DNA of 64,000 nt from Methanocaldococcus indicus (GCF_049554935.1 NZ_CP186926.1:1216001-1280000); one strand, 5' to 3'; counted from the first letter of the stretch, positions 21,016-31,332 are shown. Translations and numbers: made by a program. Notes: generated by a model not told the origin, from the letters alone.

Positions 21016-21630
21016 CTACCTAAATAATTTTTTATAAAACTTCCCAAACTCTCTAATAAAGTTGTCATCAACTTCTATTTTTTCTTTAACTATCTTGGCA
21101 ATATAGCCATCTACAAACAACATAGATAAAGCAGATGTAAAATTTTTAAATGTTCTTTTTTCCTTGGCTTTTTCAAAATCTATAATATATACTTTGTCCC
21201 CAATTAAAAAATGTCTTCCTCCTTGTATTTCCTTATGTTCTATCCCTTCTAAATCCAATATTAATGTTATTTTCAATATATCTTTAACAACTTTTATTAA
21301 TTCTTCTTTATTAAGCTTATCAACAATCTTTTTTAGTTCTTCTCCATTTATGTATTCCATTATTATATAATTTTTTCCATATGCATAAACCTTAGGAGAA
21401 AAATTAAACTTCTCAATCTTTTTTAATATTAAAGCTTCATTTAGTAGATTGTTTTTTGGTGCATCTCTTCTTGGAATCTTTATAGCTACTTCTTTATTTT
21501 TATATATTCCTTTTAAAACAACACCCCTATGCCCTTTACCAATAACTCCTAATATTTTTACATTTAGTTTTTTTAACTCTTCAAGAGCACTCTCATCTAA
21601 GATATTTTCTATCATTTTTAGCTTTTCCAT
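21016..21630 (-). CDS. Atypical Ser/Thr protein kinase (RIO/Bud32-like fold)
   Basis: Gly loop IGKGHRGVV, VAIK, IIMEYING, IIDFEKA. Confidence 0.8.
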   Translation of the reverse strand: MEKLKMIENILDESALEELKKLNVKILGVIGKGHRGVVLKGIYKNKEVAIKIPRRDAPKNNLLNEALILKKIEKFNFSPKVYAYGKNYIIMEYINGEELKKIVDKLNKEELIKVVKDILKITLILDLEGIEHKEIQGGRHFLIGDKVYIIDFEKAKEKRTFKNFTSALSMLFVDGYIAKIVKEKIEVDDNFIREFGKFYKKLFR

Positions 21631-21714
21631 AGTATCAACTGGAAATATTATATATACACAAAATAACTATTTATTAGTAGTTTTATACTCAAAATATGAA
21701 ATTGGGTGATAGGT

Positions 21715-22560
21715 ATGTTAAGAGGAAAAGATGCAACATTAGCAGGAATTATAAGAGTAATTATTGAAGAAGAACCAGAAACACAGGATGAGATAGCTGA
21801 AAAGTTAGGGATAAGTAGAAGATATGTTGCAAGATTATTAAAGCCATTGATTGATGAGAAGATTGTTAAACATCCTTATGTTGTAGATATGAACAAATTA
21901 CATAAAACTAATTTAAAATTTGATGATGAACTTCTTTTAAAAGAAATTTTAGGAATTTTTGAAAATATGAAAAATTTTCTAATGAACAACTTAAATTTAG
22001 TATATAAAGCTTTAATAGAGAACAACACAAAAATAGCTGAAGAAATCATTTTAAAAGATTACTCTATAAATAAGATGGAAGAAGAAATTAAACTTTTATT
22101 AAATACTAATGTACTCAAATATTTGCCAATATCTTATGCAAATACCTACTTAGTTATTGCTTCTAACTTGGAAAGATTAGGGGATTACTTAGCTAATATT
22201 GCTGAGGAAATAGTAAAAGGACTTTATATAGATGGAGAATTAAAAATTTTCATAGATAAAATTTTTAAAATCCTAAAAGATATGCTAAATGAAGCTGTTG
22301 ATATTGTAATAACTAAAAGAAAAGAAACAAAAATTTATGAGTTAGAAGAGGAGTTACACAAAATTTTAAATGAAATGTTAGAATATACACTAAAAAATAA
22401 GAGAGATGATTTAAATTTTTATGTTCAGTTGGGAATGTTTTTGAAGGATGTTGAAAGATTTGGAGATAGATGTGTTAATATAGTTGAAGCTGCTTTAGAG
22501 CTCTATCATAACATCCCAAGAAATCCTATTCCAGAAAGATTAAAAAGAGGTTTATTATGA
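21715..22560 (+). CDS. HTH-PhoU family transcriptional regulator
   Basis: N-terminal HTH ([20 protein letters not shown]) plus two PhoU repeats (LERLGDY..NIAE; [11 protein letters not shown]). Confidence 0.85.
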   Translation: MLRGKDATLAGIIRVIIEEEPETQDEIAEKLGISRRYVARLLKPLIDEKIVKHPYVVDMNKLHKTNLKFDDELLLKEILGIFENMKNFLMNNLNLVYKALIENNTKIAEEIILKDYSINKMEEEIKLLLNTNVLKYLPISYANTYLVIASNLERLGDYLANIAEEIVKGLYIDGELKIFIDKIFKILKDMLNEAVDIVITKRKETKIYELEEELHKILNEMLEYTLKNKRDDLNFYVQLGMFLKDVERFGDRCVNIVEAALELYHNIPRNPIPERLKRGLL

Positions 22561-23168
22561 GAGAATTTATATTTAAAGCAAATAAAACTATAACATCTCC
22601 AAATATAAATTTAAAAGATTTAGCTGGAAGTTGTGGAAGGTTGGATTTATTGTGTAGATGTGTAAGTGATGCCTTCTTTCTTTCTCATGATATTAGAAGA
22701 GATGTTATTTTTTATGCTGTCCTTTGTGGGGAACCAAATCCTCCTGTATGTATAAAGTTTGTAGGAAGTGAGCTAAAAAAAGTTTCTCCAGATGAGAGAA
22801 ATATTGCAATATTTATAAAAAAAGCACTTAAAAAATTTTTAGAGAATGATAATAAAGATGATTGGATTGAATCAACTCCTGGGATATATGTTAAGAGATT
22901 AGATTTTAAAAATTTAGTTTTAGAAAAATTAAATGAGGGTAAAGAACTAATCTATCTCCACAAAAATGGAGAAAATATAGAAAATATAAAAGATATAAAA
23001 AATCCTGTTTTTATCTTAGGAGACCATATTGGTTTATTAGAAGAGGATGAAGAATTTTTAGAAAATTTAAAAGTTAAGAAAGTATCTGTTTCTCCTTTAG
23101 AACTACATGCAAATCATTGTATAACTATAATACACAACTATTTAGATAAACTTACTCAATCAAAATAG
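22557..23168 (+). CDS. trmY: tRNA (pseudouridine54-N1)-methyltransferase
   Basis: [48 protein letters not shown] (SPOUT TrmY). Confidence 0.93.
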   Translation: MREFIFKANKTITSPNINLKDLAGSCGRLDLLCRCVSDAFFLSHDIRRDVIFYAVLCGEPNPPVCIKFVGSELKKVSPDERNIAIFIKKALKKFLENDNKDDWIESTPGIYVKRLDFKNLVLEKLNEGKELIYLHKNGENIENIKDIKNPVFILGDHIGLLEEDEEFLENLKVKKVSVSPLELHANHCITIIHNYLDKLTQSK

Positions 23169-24009
23169 AAGCATAACCAACAACAGCAGAGTAATCTCCT
23201 GTTATATCCCCAGAGGTTGCATAAGCCAACAACTTAGATTCCTTAGCACCTAAAAGTTTCATAGCTCTAATCATAGCTATTGTTGGACCATAACCACACA
23301 TAGATATGTTGTATCTATGGACATCTTCATAAAGTTTTTTTTCATCAAAGTTTAATATATCCTTAATAACTAAGCTATCTTTTTCATTTGCAATTTCTTG
23401 AGGTTCATAGTGAGATAAATCTGTTGAAGCAATAATAAATACTTTTCTACCTAATTCCTTAGCTATCTTGGCTATAAAATGTCCTACTTCAATAGCTATA
23501 TCAAAATCTTGGAACATCATAGATATAGGAACTATTTTAAATTTAGCTATTTCTAAGAGCTCTAAATGCTTTAAAAATGGTAGTTGAACCTCAATAGAAT
23601 GCTCTTTTAAATGGGCTAATTCATCTAAATCAACAATTTCACACTCTTTCCATAACATCTCTATAAATTCCAAATCTGGCTCAATATCCCCCAATGGTGT
23701 TCTCCATATAGCATCAGTTACACTTACAGCTGAACCTAAACCTGTATGATTAGGACCTAAAATAATAACAGTTATCTCATCAAAATCTGCTCTTTTAGAT
23801 AGTTCATAATATGAATGTGCAGCTATTGGTCCAGAGTAAATGTATCCTGCATGAGGACAAACATATCCAGATATTTTATATTTTCCTCCTTTTGTAGGTA
23901 GTGAATTAGGTCCTAATTTGTGTAAATAACAGTTCTCTATTAATTCAATTAATTCCTCAGCATCAGAAGGATAGAAGAATCCAGCAACAGCAGGATATCT
24001 TATCTTCAT
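23152..24009 (-). CDS. MEMO1 family protein
   Basis: [57 protein letters not shown]. Confidence 0.92.
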   Translation of the reverse strand: MKIRYPAVAGFFYPSDAEELIELIENCYLHKLGPNSLPTKGGKYKISGYVCPHAGYIYSGPIAAHSYYELSKRADFDEITVIILGPNHTGLGSAVSVTDAIWRTPLGDIEPDLEFIEMLWKECEIVDLDELAHLKEHSIEVQLPFLKHLELLEIAKFKIVPISMMFQDFDIAIEVGHFIAKIAKELGRKVFIIASTDLSHYEPQEIANEKDSLVIKDILNFDEKKLYEDVHRYNISMCGYGPTIAMIRAMKLLGAKESKLLAYATSGDITGDYSAVVGYASILIE

Positions 24010-24030
24010 AATTATCACTTATTTAAATTT

Positions 24031-24363
24031 TTAAAAGTCAATATCTCCAAAGTCATCGGCTATATCACTTACTTCATCTTCAACATAATCAATAGCATTA
24101 TTAATATCTTCATCTATCTCATTAATTACATTTCCTCCATCTTCAACAACATCCTCAATTGCATCAGCTATTAGCTCCCCTGCTACAACACCAGCAGCTA
24201 CTCCAGCAGCAGTTTCTAAAAACCTACTATTACCATTACCTCTATCAATATAAGCTCCTCCATGATAACCTCTACCAACCATTTGATATCTCTTTTTTCT
24301 TCCAAATAATAAGTATCCTATAAATAATCCAATAATAAATATTGCCATAAGCTCTAATATCAT
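24031..24363 (-). CDS. Hypothetical membrane-anchored protein with Gly/Ala helix and acidic tail
   Basis: RBS GGAGG, N-terminal TM, FLETAAGVAAGVVAG and an Asp/Glu-rich C-terminus. Confidence 0.7.
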   Translation of the reverse strand: MILELMAIFIIGLFIGYLLFGRKKRYQMVGRGYHGGAYIDRGNGNSRFLETAAGVAAGVVAGELIADAIEDVVEDGGNVINEIDEDINNAIDYVEDEVSDIADDFGDIDF

Positions 24364-24553
24364 CAATACCCCTCCATTGAGATTATTGCTCTAAATTTAT
24401 ATATTACCTTTTACAATATTTAATAATTTGCATTATCTTAATAAAAAATCTTATATAAAAATTAAATAATGTAAATTAACTTAATAACATTTGATGATTT
24501 TTATACTACCTAATTTAAAATTTAATTAAAAAAATAAATTTTTGGTGTTATGT

Positions 24554-25141
24554 ATGGAAGAGCAAAGATTGGACTGTCCAATTTGTGGAGCTAAAAATAG
24601 CTTTAAGATAATTTCCAATAAAATAGAAATTCCATATTTTGGGCCAGTATTAGAAACTACTATGATTTGTGAAAAGTGTAATTATAGAAGGAGTGATGTA
24701 ATTCCTTTAGAAGTTAGAGAGCCAAAGAGATACTCTTTAAAAATTAAAGGAGAGGAAGATTTAAATAAAAGAGTTATTAGAAGTTCCTCAGGATATATAT
24801 TAATTCCTGAGTTGGGAGTAGAGATAACTCCAGGACCATTAGCAGAGAGCTTTATAAGTAATGTTGAAGGAGTTTTAAATAGAGTAGATAATGTTTTACA
24901 AACACTAATAAGATGGGCTGAGACAGAAGAACAAAAAGAAAAGGCTGAAAAATTAAGAGAGAAAATAAAAGATATAAAAGAAGGTAAAGATGAAGCTACA
25001 CTCATAATTTTAGACCCATTGGGGCATAGTGCTATTATAGGGGAAGGTGTTGAAGAAGAACTTTTAAGTGAGGAAGAGATAGAAAAACTAAAAGAAGGAA
25101 TTAATATAAATATTATTGACAAAGAAAAAGAGAAAAAATAA
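24554..25141 (+). CDS. ZPR1 zinc-finger domain protein
   Basis: CPIC...IPYFG...CEKC, DLNKRVIRS, IPELG, SNVEG, DPLGHS. Confidence 0.92.
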   Translation: MEEQRLDCPICGAKNSFKIISNKIEIPYFGPVLETTMICEKCNYRRSDVIPLEVREPKRYSLKIKGEEDLNKRVIRSSSGYILIPELGVEITPGPLAESFISNVEGVLNRVDNVLQTLIRWAETEEQKEKAEKLREKIKDIKEGKDEATLIILDPLGHSAIIGEGVEEELLSEEEIEKLKEGININIIDKEKEKK

Positions 25142-25195
25142 TTTAAAATTTTTTTATTTATTTTTTAATATTTAAAATTTAGAGGATGAAGGTTT

Positions 25196-25960
25196 ATGAT
25201 TATTGCTATTAGTGGTAAAGGTGGTGTAGGAAAAACTGCATTTACAACATTGTTAATTAAAGCACTCTCTAAAAAGACAAACAATATTTTAGTTGTAGAT
25301 GCTGACCCTGATTCAAATCTTCCAGACACCTTAGGAGTGGAGGTAGATAAAACTGTTGGTGATATTAGAGAAGAGCTAAAAAAGATGGTAGAAGAAGATA
25401 AACCTCTTCCAGGAGGAATGAGTAAGTTAGATTTTTTAAAGAGTAAGATATTTGAGATTTTAGTTGAAACAGATAATTATGATTTATTAGTTATGGGAAG
25501 ACCAGAGGGTAGTGGGTGTTATTGTAGTGTAAATAATTGGCTTAGGCAAATTATTGACAATCTTTCCTCTTACTATGATTATGTTATTATTGACACTGAG
25601 GCAGGTTTAGAGCATTTAAGTAGAAGAACTACTCAAAATGTAGATAAGATGATTGTTGTTACTGACCCTACAAAGAGAGGGTTAAAAACAGCTGAAAGAA
25701 TAAAAAAATTAGCTAATGAGTTAGAGGTAAAATTTAAAGATATATATGTAGTTGCTAATAAAGTAAAACCTGAAGATAGGGAGTTAATAAAAAAATATGC
25801 TGAAGAATTAGGACTAAATCTTTTAGGAATCTTACCATACAATAAGGAGATAGCTGAATATGACTTAAAAGGTATTCCCCTTTGGAATCTACCAGAAGAT
25901 AATGAAGTATATAAGGAAGTTGAAAAAATAGCTAATAAGTTAATAAAAAATTCCAATTGA
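25196..25960 (+). CDS. cooC: CooC/AcsF-type nickel-insertion ATPase
   Basis: SGKGGVGKT, DADPDSNL, GSGCYC and DTEAGLEHLSR. Confidence 0.85.
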   Translation: MIIAISGKGGVGKTAFTTLLIKALSKKTNNILVVDADPDSNLPDTLGVEVDKTVGDIREELKKMVEEDKPLPGGMSKLDFLKSKIFEILVETDNYDLLVMGRPEGSGCYCSVNNWLRQIIDNLSSYYDYVIIDTEAGLEHLSRRTTQNVDKMIVVTDPTKRGLKTAERIKKLANELEVKFKDIYVVANKVKPEDRELIKKYAEELGLNLLGILPYNKEIAEYDLKGIPLWNLPEDNEVYKEVEKIANKLIKNSN

Positions 25961-25967
25961 TGAAATC

Positions 25968-26843
25968 ATGGAGATTGATAAAATTATAGAAGCTGGGAAA
26001 ATAGCTGCTAAGGTTAGAGAAGAAACAAAAAAATTAATTAAACCAGGGGTTAAACTATTAGATGTTGCTGAATTTGCAGAATCTTTAATAAAAGAGCTTG
26101 GTGGTGAGCCAGCTTTTCCTTGTAATATTTCAATAAATGAGATAGCTGCTCATTATACTCCTAAGTTAAATGATGACTTAGTTTTTAGTGATGAAGATAT
26201 AGTAAAGTTAGATTTAGGAGTTCATATTGATGGATATATAGCTGATACAGCAGTAACTGTTGATTTATCAGGGAAGTATAAAGATTTAGTTAAAGCTTCA
26301 GAAGATGCTCTATATACTGTTATCAATGAAATAGAGATTCCTATGAATATTGGTGAGATGGGAAGAATTATCCAAGAAGTTATAGAAAGCTATGGATATA
26401 AACCAATATCTAACTTATCTGGACATGTTATGTATAGATATGAACTCCATACAGGAACAAGTATTCCCAATATATATGAAAGAACCAACAAGGTTATAGA
26501 TGTTGGAGATTTAGTAGCTATTGAGCCATTTGCAACAGATGGTTTTGGAATGGTTAAAGATGGAAATTTAGGAAATATTTATAAGTTTTTAGCTAAAAGA
26601 CCTATAAGATTACCAACAGCAAAAAAACTTTTAGAAAAAATAGAAAGTAAATATAAGTATTTACCTTTTGCTGAAAGATGGGTTATAAATAATGAAAAAG
26701 AGAAATCTGCTTTAAATTCTTTGTTAAGAGCATCAGCTATTTATGGATATCCTATATTAGTTGAAAGAAATAAGGGGATGGTTAGCCAGGCAGAACATAC
26801 TATATACATAACTGAAAATGATGTTATAATAACTACAAAATAG
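25968..26843 (+). CDS. map: Methionine aminopeptidase type II
   Basis: AFP...AAHYTP, DLGVHIDGYIADTA, NLSGH, AIEPFAT, SQAEHT. Confidence 0.96.
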   Translation: MEIDKIIEAGKIAAKVREETKKLIKPGVKLLDVAEFAESLIKELGGEPAFPCNISINEIAAHYTPKLNDDLVFSDEDIVKLDLGVHIDGYIADTAVTVDLSGKYKDLVKASEDALYTVINEIEIPMNIGEMGRIIQEVIESYGYKPISNLSGHVMYRYELHTGTSIPNIYERTNKVIDVGDLVAIEPFATDGFGMVKDGNLGNIYKFLAKRPIRLPTAKKLLEKIESKYKYLPFAERWVINNEKEKSALNSLLRASAIYGYPILVERNKGMVSQAEHTIYITENDVIITTK

Positions 26844-26859
26844 ATTTTAGGAGAGTTAT

Positions 26860-27891
26860 ATGAAAATAAAATTTTATAATCGTGAAAGAGAATTAAATTA
26901 TTTAAAAACTTATGTGCAGTTAGAACCAAATTCTATTTTGTTTGTTTATGGACCTAAATCATCTGGAAAAACAACTGTTATCCTTAGAGTTATTGAAGAG
27001 CTATCTAAAAGAGATGATTTGATATTTTTTTATTATGATTTAAGAGAATATGCCACTCCCACAAAAGAAGAGTTTTTAAAGATATTCTTTGAAAAAGGGG
27101 ATAAAAAATATCTTCTAAATAAATTAGAGATTAATTTAGGAGTGTTTAAGTTTGGAGTTGAGGAAAATATTAATTTTAATAACTTATCTTTAAATGATGT
27201 CTTTACTAAAATGAAAGAAAGCATTAAAGAAGTTATTAAAGATGGGAAGAAACCAATTTTAATTATTGATGAACTTCAAAAATTAAAGAATATTTACTTT
27301 AATGGAGGTAAATCCCTACTAAATGAGTTGTTTAACTTATTTATCCATTTAACAAAAGTTAGACATCTTTGTCATGTTATTTGTTTGACCTCTGACACAT
27401 TATTTATTGAGGAAATTTACAGAAATTCAACATTAAAAAATGCCTCAGAATATTATTTAATTGATTGGTTAGAGAAAAAAACAATAAAGGAGATTTTAAA
27501 AGAAGAAGGTTTTAATGAGGATGAAATAAACTATTGCTTAAACTATCTTTCTTTACCTTATGAAATCTCTCAACTGATAAATAACAAAAAACTTGGCTTA
27601 TCTGTTAAAGAAACAATAAAGCAGTGGATTAATATTGAGAAAGATGGATTAATGTTTTTAATTGCAAATATGCCAGATGAATTAGATGAAAATAAAATAT
27701 ATGAAATTTTAAATAAATTTAGAGATAAAATTAAAGTTGAGGACTATGAAATTATTAAAAGAGAGTTAATTAAAGAATTTAAATTTTTAGTGGAAAATGA
27801 AATTTTGTTTTATGATGTTGTTAATGGTATAATCAAACCTACCTCAATAATTGAGTGGCATGCTATTAATGAAATAATTGAAAGGGCGTAG
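26860..27891 (+). CDS. Archaeal MJ-type ATPase (ATPase_2/STAND-related)
   Basis: KFYNREREL, YGPKSSGKT, ILIIDELQ, HLCHVICLTSD; paralog of the gene at 2990..4131. Confidence 0.88.
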   Translation: MKIKFYNRERELNYLKTYVQLEPNSILFVYGPKSSGKTTVILRVIEELSKRDDLIFFYYDLREYATPTKEEFLKIFFEKGDKKYLLNKLEINLGVFKFGVEENINFNNLSLNDVFTKMKESIKEVIKDGKKPILIIDELQKLKNIYFNGGKSLLNELFNLFIHLTKVRHLCHVICLTSDTLFIEEIYRNSTLKNASEYYLIDWLEKKTIKEILKEEGFNEDEINYCLNYLSLPYEISQLINNKKLGLSVKETIKQWINIEKDGLMFLIANMPDELDENKIYEILNKFRDKIKVEDYEIIKRELIKEFKFLVENEILFYDVVNGIIKPTSIIEWHAINEIIERA

Positions 27892-27965
27892 CCCTAATGC
27901 TTATAAACTAACTTCTATTAAAAAATGGAGTGCAATAAGAGAAGTTATTATAAAAAAGATAATAA

Positions 27966-29465
27966 CTACTCTATAAACCAATACTTCTCTTTTAAAAATT
28001 CTAAGAACTTATTTATGTTCTTTTTTGAAAAACCATATTTTTTAGCTACTTTATATATCATCTTTTCAGATTTTGTACCATATTGAGCAGCTTTTTTTGG
28101 TCTTAAAGCAATATCTTCTGGAAGATATTTTTTAGCTACATCTCTTAAAATTTTTTTTCTTAACTCTCCTTTTAAGTAACTTTCTGGGAGTGATAAAGAG
28201 AAATCTACAAGCTCAGAATCTAAAAAAGGAACTCTTAGTTCAATAGTATTTGCCATACTACAATGGTCATCTCTCTCTAAATTGACCTTATATAAGTTTT
28301 TTATATCTTTTATTAGCTCTTCTTTTAAATTTTCTGAATTTTCATGTCTTTTATATCCTCCAAAAATTTCATCTGCTCCCTGTCCTGATAAGACAACCTT
28401 TAATTTATCTTCTTTAGCCAACTTAGTAGATAGATAAATAGGAATTCCAACAGATAAGTTCAATAAATTTATGTCATCCAAAGCTTTAACAACTTTAAAT
28501 AAATGTTCCTCAAATTCATTCTCATTAATTATATATGTTTTTAGCTCTAAATTTAAATAATTAGCAAGTTTTTGAGCATATTTTAAATCTTCACTATCCT
28601 CTGTTCCTACTGCATAAAGTGTAGTATTAACATACTTAGAAGAATAATAAGCTATTAAAGAGCTATCTAAACCTCCTGAGCAAATAACTCCTACTCTATC
28701 TAAACCTCTAACCCTCTTATATACAGCTTTTTTTAGTATTTTATCTAAATAATCAACAGCTTTATTGTAAGAAATATTCAATTCAGGAGAATTTTTTACA
28801 ATCTCTTTTTCAATAATTTCATACCTTAAATTATCTAAATAGTAAATTAAATAGCTATTTGGCTTTAATCTTTTTATTTTTGAATTTAAATAATCTAAAT
28901 CTTTTTTTTCTTTATTTATATTTATTAAGAGATGGTAAAGAGCCTTTCTCTCAGAAGAGAAGGCAAAATATTTATCTGTATCAACATAAAATAGAGGTTT
29001 TACACCAAATCTATCTCTACCTAAGATTAAAATATTCTTTTTTTTGTCATATATTGCATATGCATAGTCTCCATCCAATCTATACAATGCTTTATCTTCA
29101 TAAAGATGTAAAATAACTTCACTATCTGAGTCAGTTTTAAATGTGTGCTCTTTTAGCTCATTCATTATCTCTATGTAGTTATAAATCTCTCCATTACATA
29201 TAACCCATAAGCTCTCATCTTCATTTGATATAGGTTGTAAATATCTTCCTACTATTGCTAATCTATTATGACCAAAAGAAATAAAAAATGTTTTATCTAA
29301 CTTTAAATTATCTTTATCCAAACCTTCTTTAAAATAATAGACGTCATCATCAACATATAATCCTGAGCCATCTTTACCTCTATGCTTTAAAATCTTCATC
29401 ATATCTAAGGAATATCTAACATCTAAACAGCAACCTTTTGCAATAATCCCTGATATTGAGCACAT
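27966..29465 (-). CDS. asnB: Asparagine synthase (glutamine-hydrolysing)
   Basis: N-terminal Cys2, HRG, HNRLAI, NGEIYN, RDRFGVKPL, SGGLDSS, SGQGADEIFGGY, ELRVPFLD. Confidence 0.92.
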   Translation of the reverse strand: MCSISGIIAKGCCLDVRYSLDMMKILKHRGKDGSGLYVDDDVYYFKEGLDKDNLKLDKTFFISFGHNRLAIVGRYLQPISNEDESLWVICNGEIYNYIEIMNELKEHTFKTDSDSEVILHLYEDKALYRLDGDYAYAIYDKKKNILILGRDRFGVKPLFYVDTDKYFAFSSERKALYHLLININKEKKDLDYLNSKIKRLKPNSYLIYYLDNLRYEIIEKEIVKNSPELNISYNKAVDYLDKILKKAVYKRVRGLDRVGVICSGGLDSSLIAYYSSKYVNTTLYAVGTEDSEDLKYAQKLANYLNLELKTYIINENEFEEHLFKVVKALDDINLLNLSVGIPIYLSTKLAKEDKLKVVLSGQGADEIFGGYKRHENSENLKEELIKDIKNLYKVNLERDDHCSMANTIELRVPFLDSELVDFSLSLPESYLKGELRKKILRDVAKKYLPEDIALRPKKAAQYGTKSEKMIYKVAKKYGFSKKNINKFLEFLKEKYWFIE

Positions 29466-29485
29466 AATTAATCAGCTGATGATTT

Positions 29486-30046
29486 ATGGATGCTTTAGTT
29501 ATGGCTGGTGGAAAAGGTAGTAGATTAGGCTATGTAGAAAAGCCATTAATAAAAATTGATAATAAGTATTTAATTGATATTGTAATTAATTCTTTATTAA
29601 ATAGTAGGGAGATAGATAAAATATTTATTGCAACCTCACCTTATACTAAAAACACAAAAAAATATTTACTCTCAAAATATAAAAACTATGACAATATTTT
29701 TTTAGTTGATACTTATGGCTTTGGTTTTATTGTAGATATTAACTACTGCTTTAAATATTTTAATAATCCTTTTTTAGTTGTATCTTCTGATATAATTGTA
29801 GATAGTGAGACTATCAACAACATTATTAGCTATTTTAAAGGTCTAAATGTTGAAGCTCTTTCTGTGTATATTCCAAAAGATAAATATGTAGGCTCAACTA
29901 AACCATATAAAAACTTAGTTCCTGCTGGAATAAATATTCTTTCTCCAAAATGTGGGTATCAAAAGGAGGAAGTATATATATTAGATAGATTAATATTGAA
30001 CATTAATACAAAATATGATTTAGATTTAGTAAAGTTGGTGATATAA
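29486..30046 (+). CDS. cobY: Adenosylcobinamide-phosphate guanylyltransferase
   Basis: MDALVMAGGKGSRLG..EKPL, SPYT and NINT..DL, the archaeal CobY pattern. Confidence 0.85.
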   Translation: MDALVMAGGKGSRLGYVEKPLIKIDNKYLIDIVINSLLNSREIDKIFIATSPYTKNTKKYLLSKYKNYDNIFLVDTYGFGFIVDINYCFKYFNNPFLVVSSDIIVDSETINNIISYFKGLNVEALSVYIPKDKYVGSTKPYKNLVPAGINILSPKCGYQKEEVYILDRLILNINTKYDLDLVKLVI

Positions 30047-30318
30047 TGAAAAAGATGCCTGGAAAATTAATAATTGGGAAGGCAGTTATAGGGGATAAAG
30101 GTTCATCATTGGGAGAGTTGAAAGATATTATTTTTGATGAAAAAACTGGAAAAATTGTATCTATTGAAGTTATGCCTTATGAAGGAAGTATTTTAAAAGA
30201 ACTGTATCCAGAGAGTGAGAAAGTTTTAATTTTATTTAAAGCTGTTAAGTCAATAAAAGATTTTGTTTCAGTATATGAGAAAGAATTAAAACCAGAGAAT
30301 ATTAAGGTGATAGAATAG
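30046..30318 (+). CDS. PRC-barrel domain protein
   Basis: LIIGKAV..KG..LGELKDIIFDEKTGKI PRC-barrel signature, 90 aa. Confidence 0.85.
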   Translation: MKKMPGKLIIGKAVIGDKGSSLGELKDIIFDEKTGKIVSIEVMPYEGSILKELYPESEKVLILFKAVKSIKDFVSVYEKELKPENIKVIE

Positions 30319-31148
30319 AATTCACAAAAATGCATAGTTTAGGAAATGATTATGTAGTTGTTAATGAGTTCAAAGAGAAAAAAGTAGATGATAAAGAAAA
30401 TTTCTCTAAGAGAGTTTGTAGAAGAAAATTCTCTGTTGGAGCTGATGGAGTTATATTTGTTGAAAAATCTGATAAGTATGATGTAAAATTTAGAATTTTT
30501 AATGCAGATGGTTCTGAAGCTGAGATGTGTGGTAATGGAATTAGATGCTTTGCTAAATATGTATATGAAAGAGTATTAAAAAAGAATCCTTTATATGTTG
30601 AAACAAAAGCAGGTTTAAGAGTTTGTGAGTTGGAGATAGAAGATGATAAAGTAAAGAAAATTAGAGTTTATATGGGAAAAGCTTCATTTAAACCTGAAGA
30701 TATTCCTCTCTCAATAAATAAAGAGTTGATAAATGAGAAAATAGAAATAAATGGTAGAAAATTTATAGGAACTGCTGTAAGTGTAGGTAATCCACATCTT
30801 ATAATTTTTGTAGATGACTTAGAAAGTATTAGAAAAGATTTAGATAAAATTGGAAAAGAGTTGGAGAATCATCCTTTATTCCCAAATAGAATAAATGTGC
30901 ATTTTGTTAAAGTTCTAAATAGGAGAGAGATTAGAATATTAACATGGGAGAGGGGAGTTGGCTATACAATGGCATGTGGAACAGGAGCTACAGCATCAGC
31001 TTATGTTTCTCACTATCTAAATAAGACAGATAATAAAGTTGTTGCTCACTTAGATGGAGGAAATTTAGAGATAGAGATAGAAGAAGATGGGATATATATT
31101 AAAGGAGATGCACATACTGTCTTTGATGGAAAATTGTTAGATTATTAA
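30315..31148 (+). CDS. dapF: Diaminopimelate epimerase
   Basis: MHSLGNDY, GADG, NADGSEAEMCGNGIRC, GNPH, WERGVG.T.ACGTGA. The conserved xEFTK N-terminus extends to ATA at 30315; the first ATG is at 30330. Confidence 0.95.
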   Translation: MEFTKMHSLGNDYVVVNEFKEKKVDDKENFSKRVCRRKFSVGADGVIFVEKSDKYDVKFRIFNADGSEAEMCGNGIRCFAKYVYERVLKKNPLYVETKAGLRVCELEIEDDKVKKIRVYMGKASFKPEDIPLSINKELINEKIEINGRKFIGTAVSVGNPHLIIFVDDLESIRKDLDKIGKELENHPLFPNRINVHFVKVLNRREIRILTWERGVGYTMACGTGATASAYVSHYLNKTDNKVVAHLDGGNLEIEIEEDGIYIKGDAHTVFDGKLLDY

Positions 31149-31243
31149 AATGTCTAATCAAATTAATTTATTTGTTTATGCTAATGTTCTATAGATAGAT
31201 TTTTATAGAATTATATAATTTATAATTTTCTTGGATTTTATGT

Positions 31244-31332
31244 GGCGCGGGGTACCGGGCTTGGTAGCCCGGGGCGGACTTCAGATCCGTCGAGGGCGAG
31301 AGCCCTCGGGGTTCGATTCCCCCCCTGCGCCG
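31244..31332 (+). tRNA. selC: tRNA-Sec (anticodon TCA)
   Basis: GC-rich island with a 9-bp acceptor stem (GGCGCGGGG/CCCTGCGCC), extended D stem, anticodon loop CT-TCA-GA (TCA at 31281-31283), long variable arm GAGGGC-GAGA-GCCCTC, 4-bp T stem and G discriminator. CCA is not encoded. Confidence 0.95.

Noticed and set aside
24682-25122. 146-aa minus-strand ORF and similar short overlapping ORFs in the track (e.g. 25633-25956, 43960-44295, 63177-63458, 63660-63908)
   Set aside because: Antisense shadows of well-supported genes (ZPR1, cooC, binding protein, mcm).
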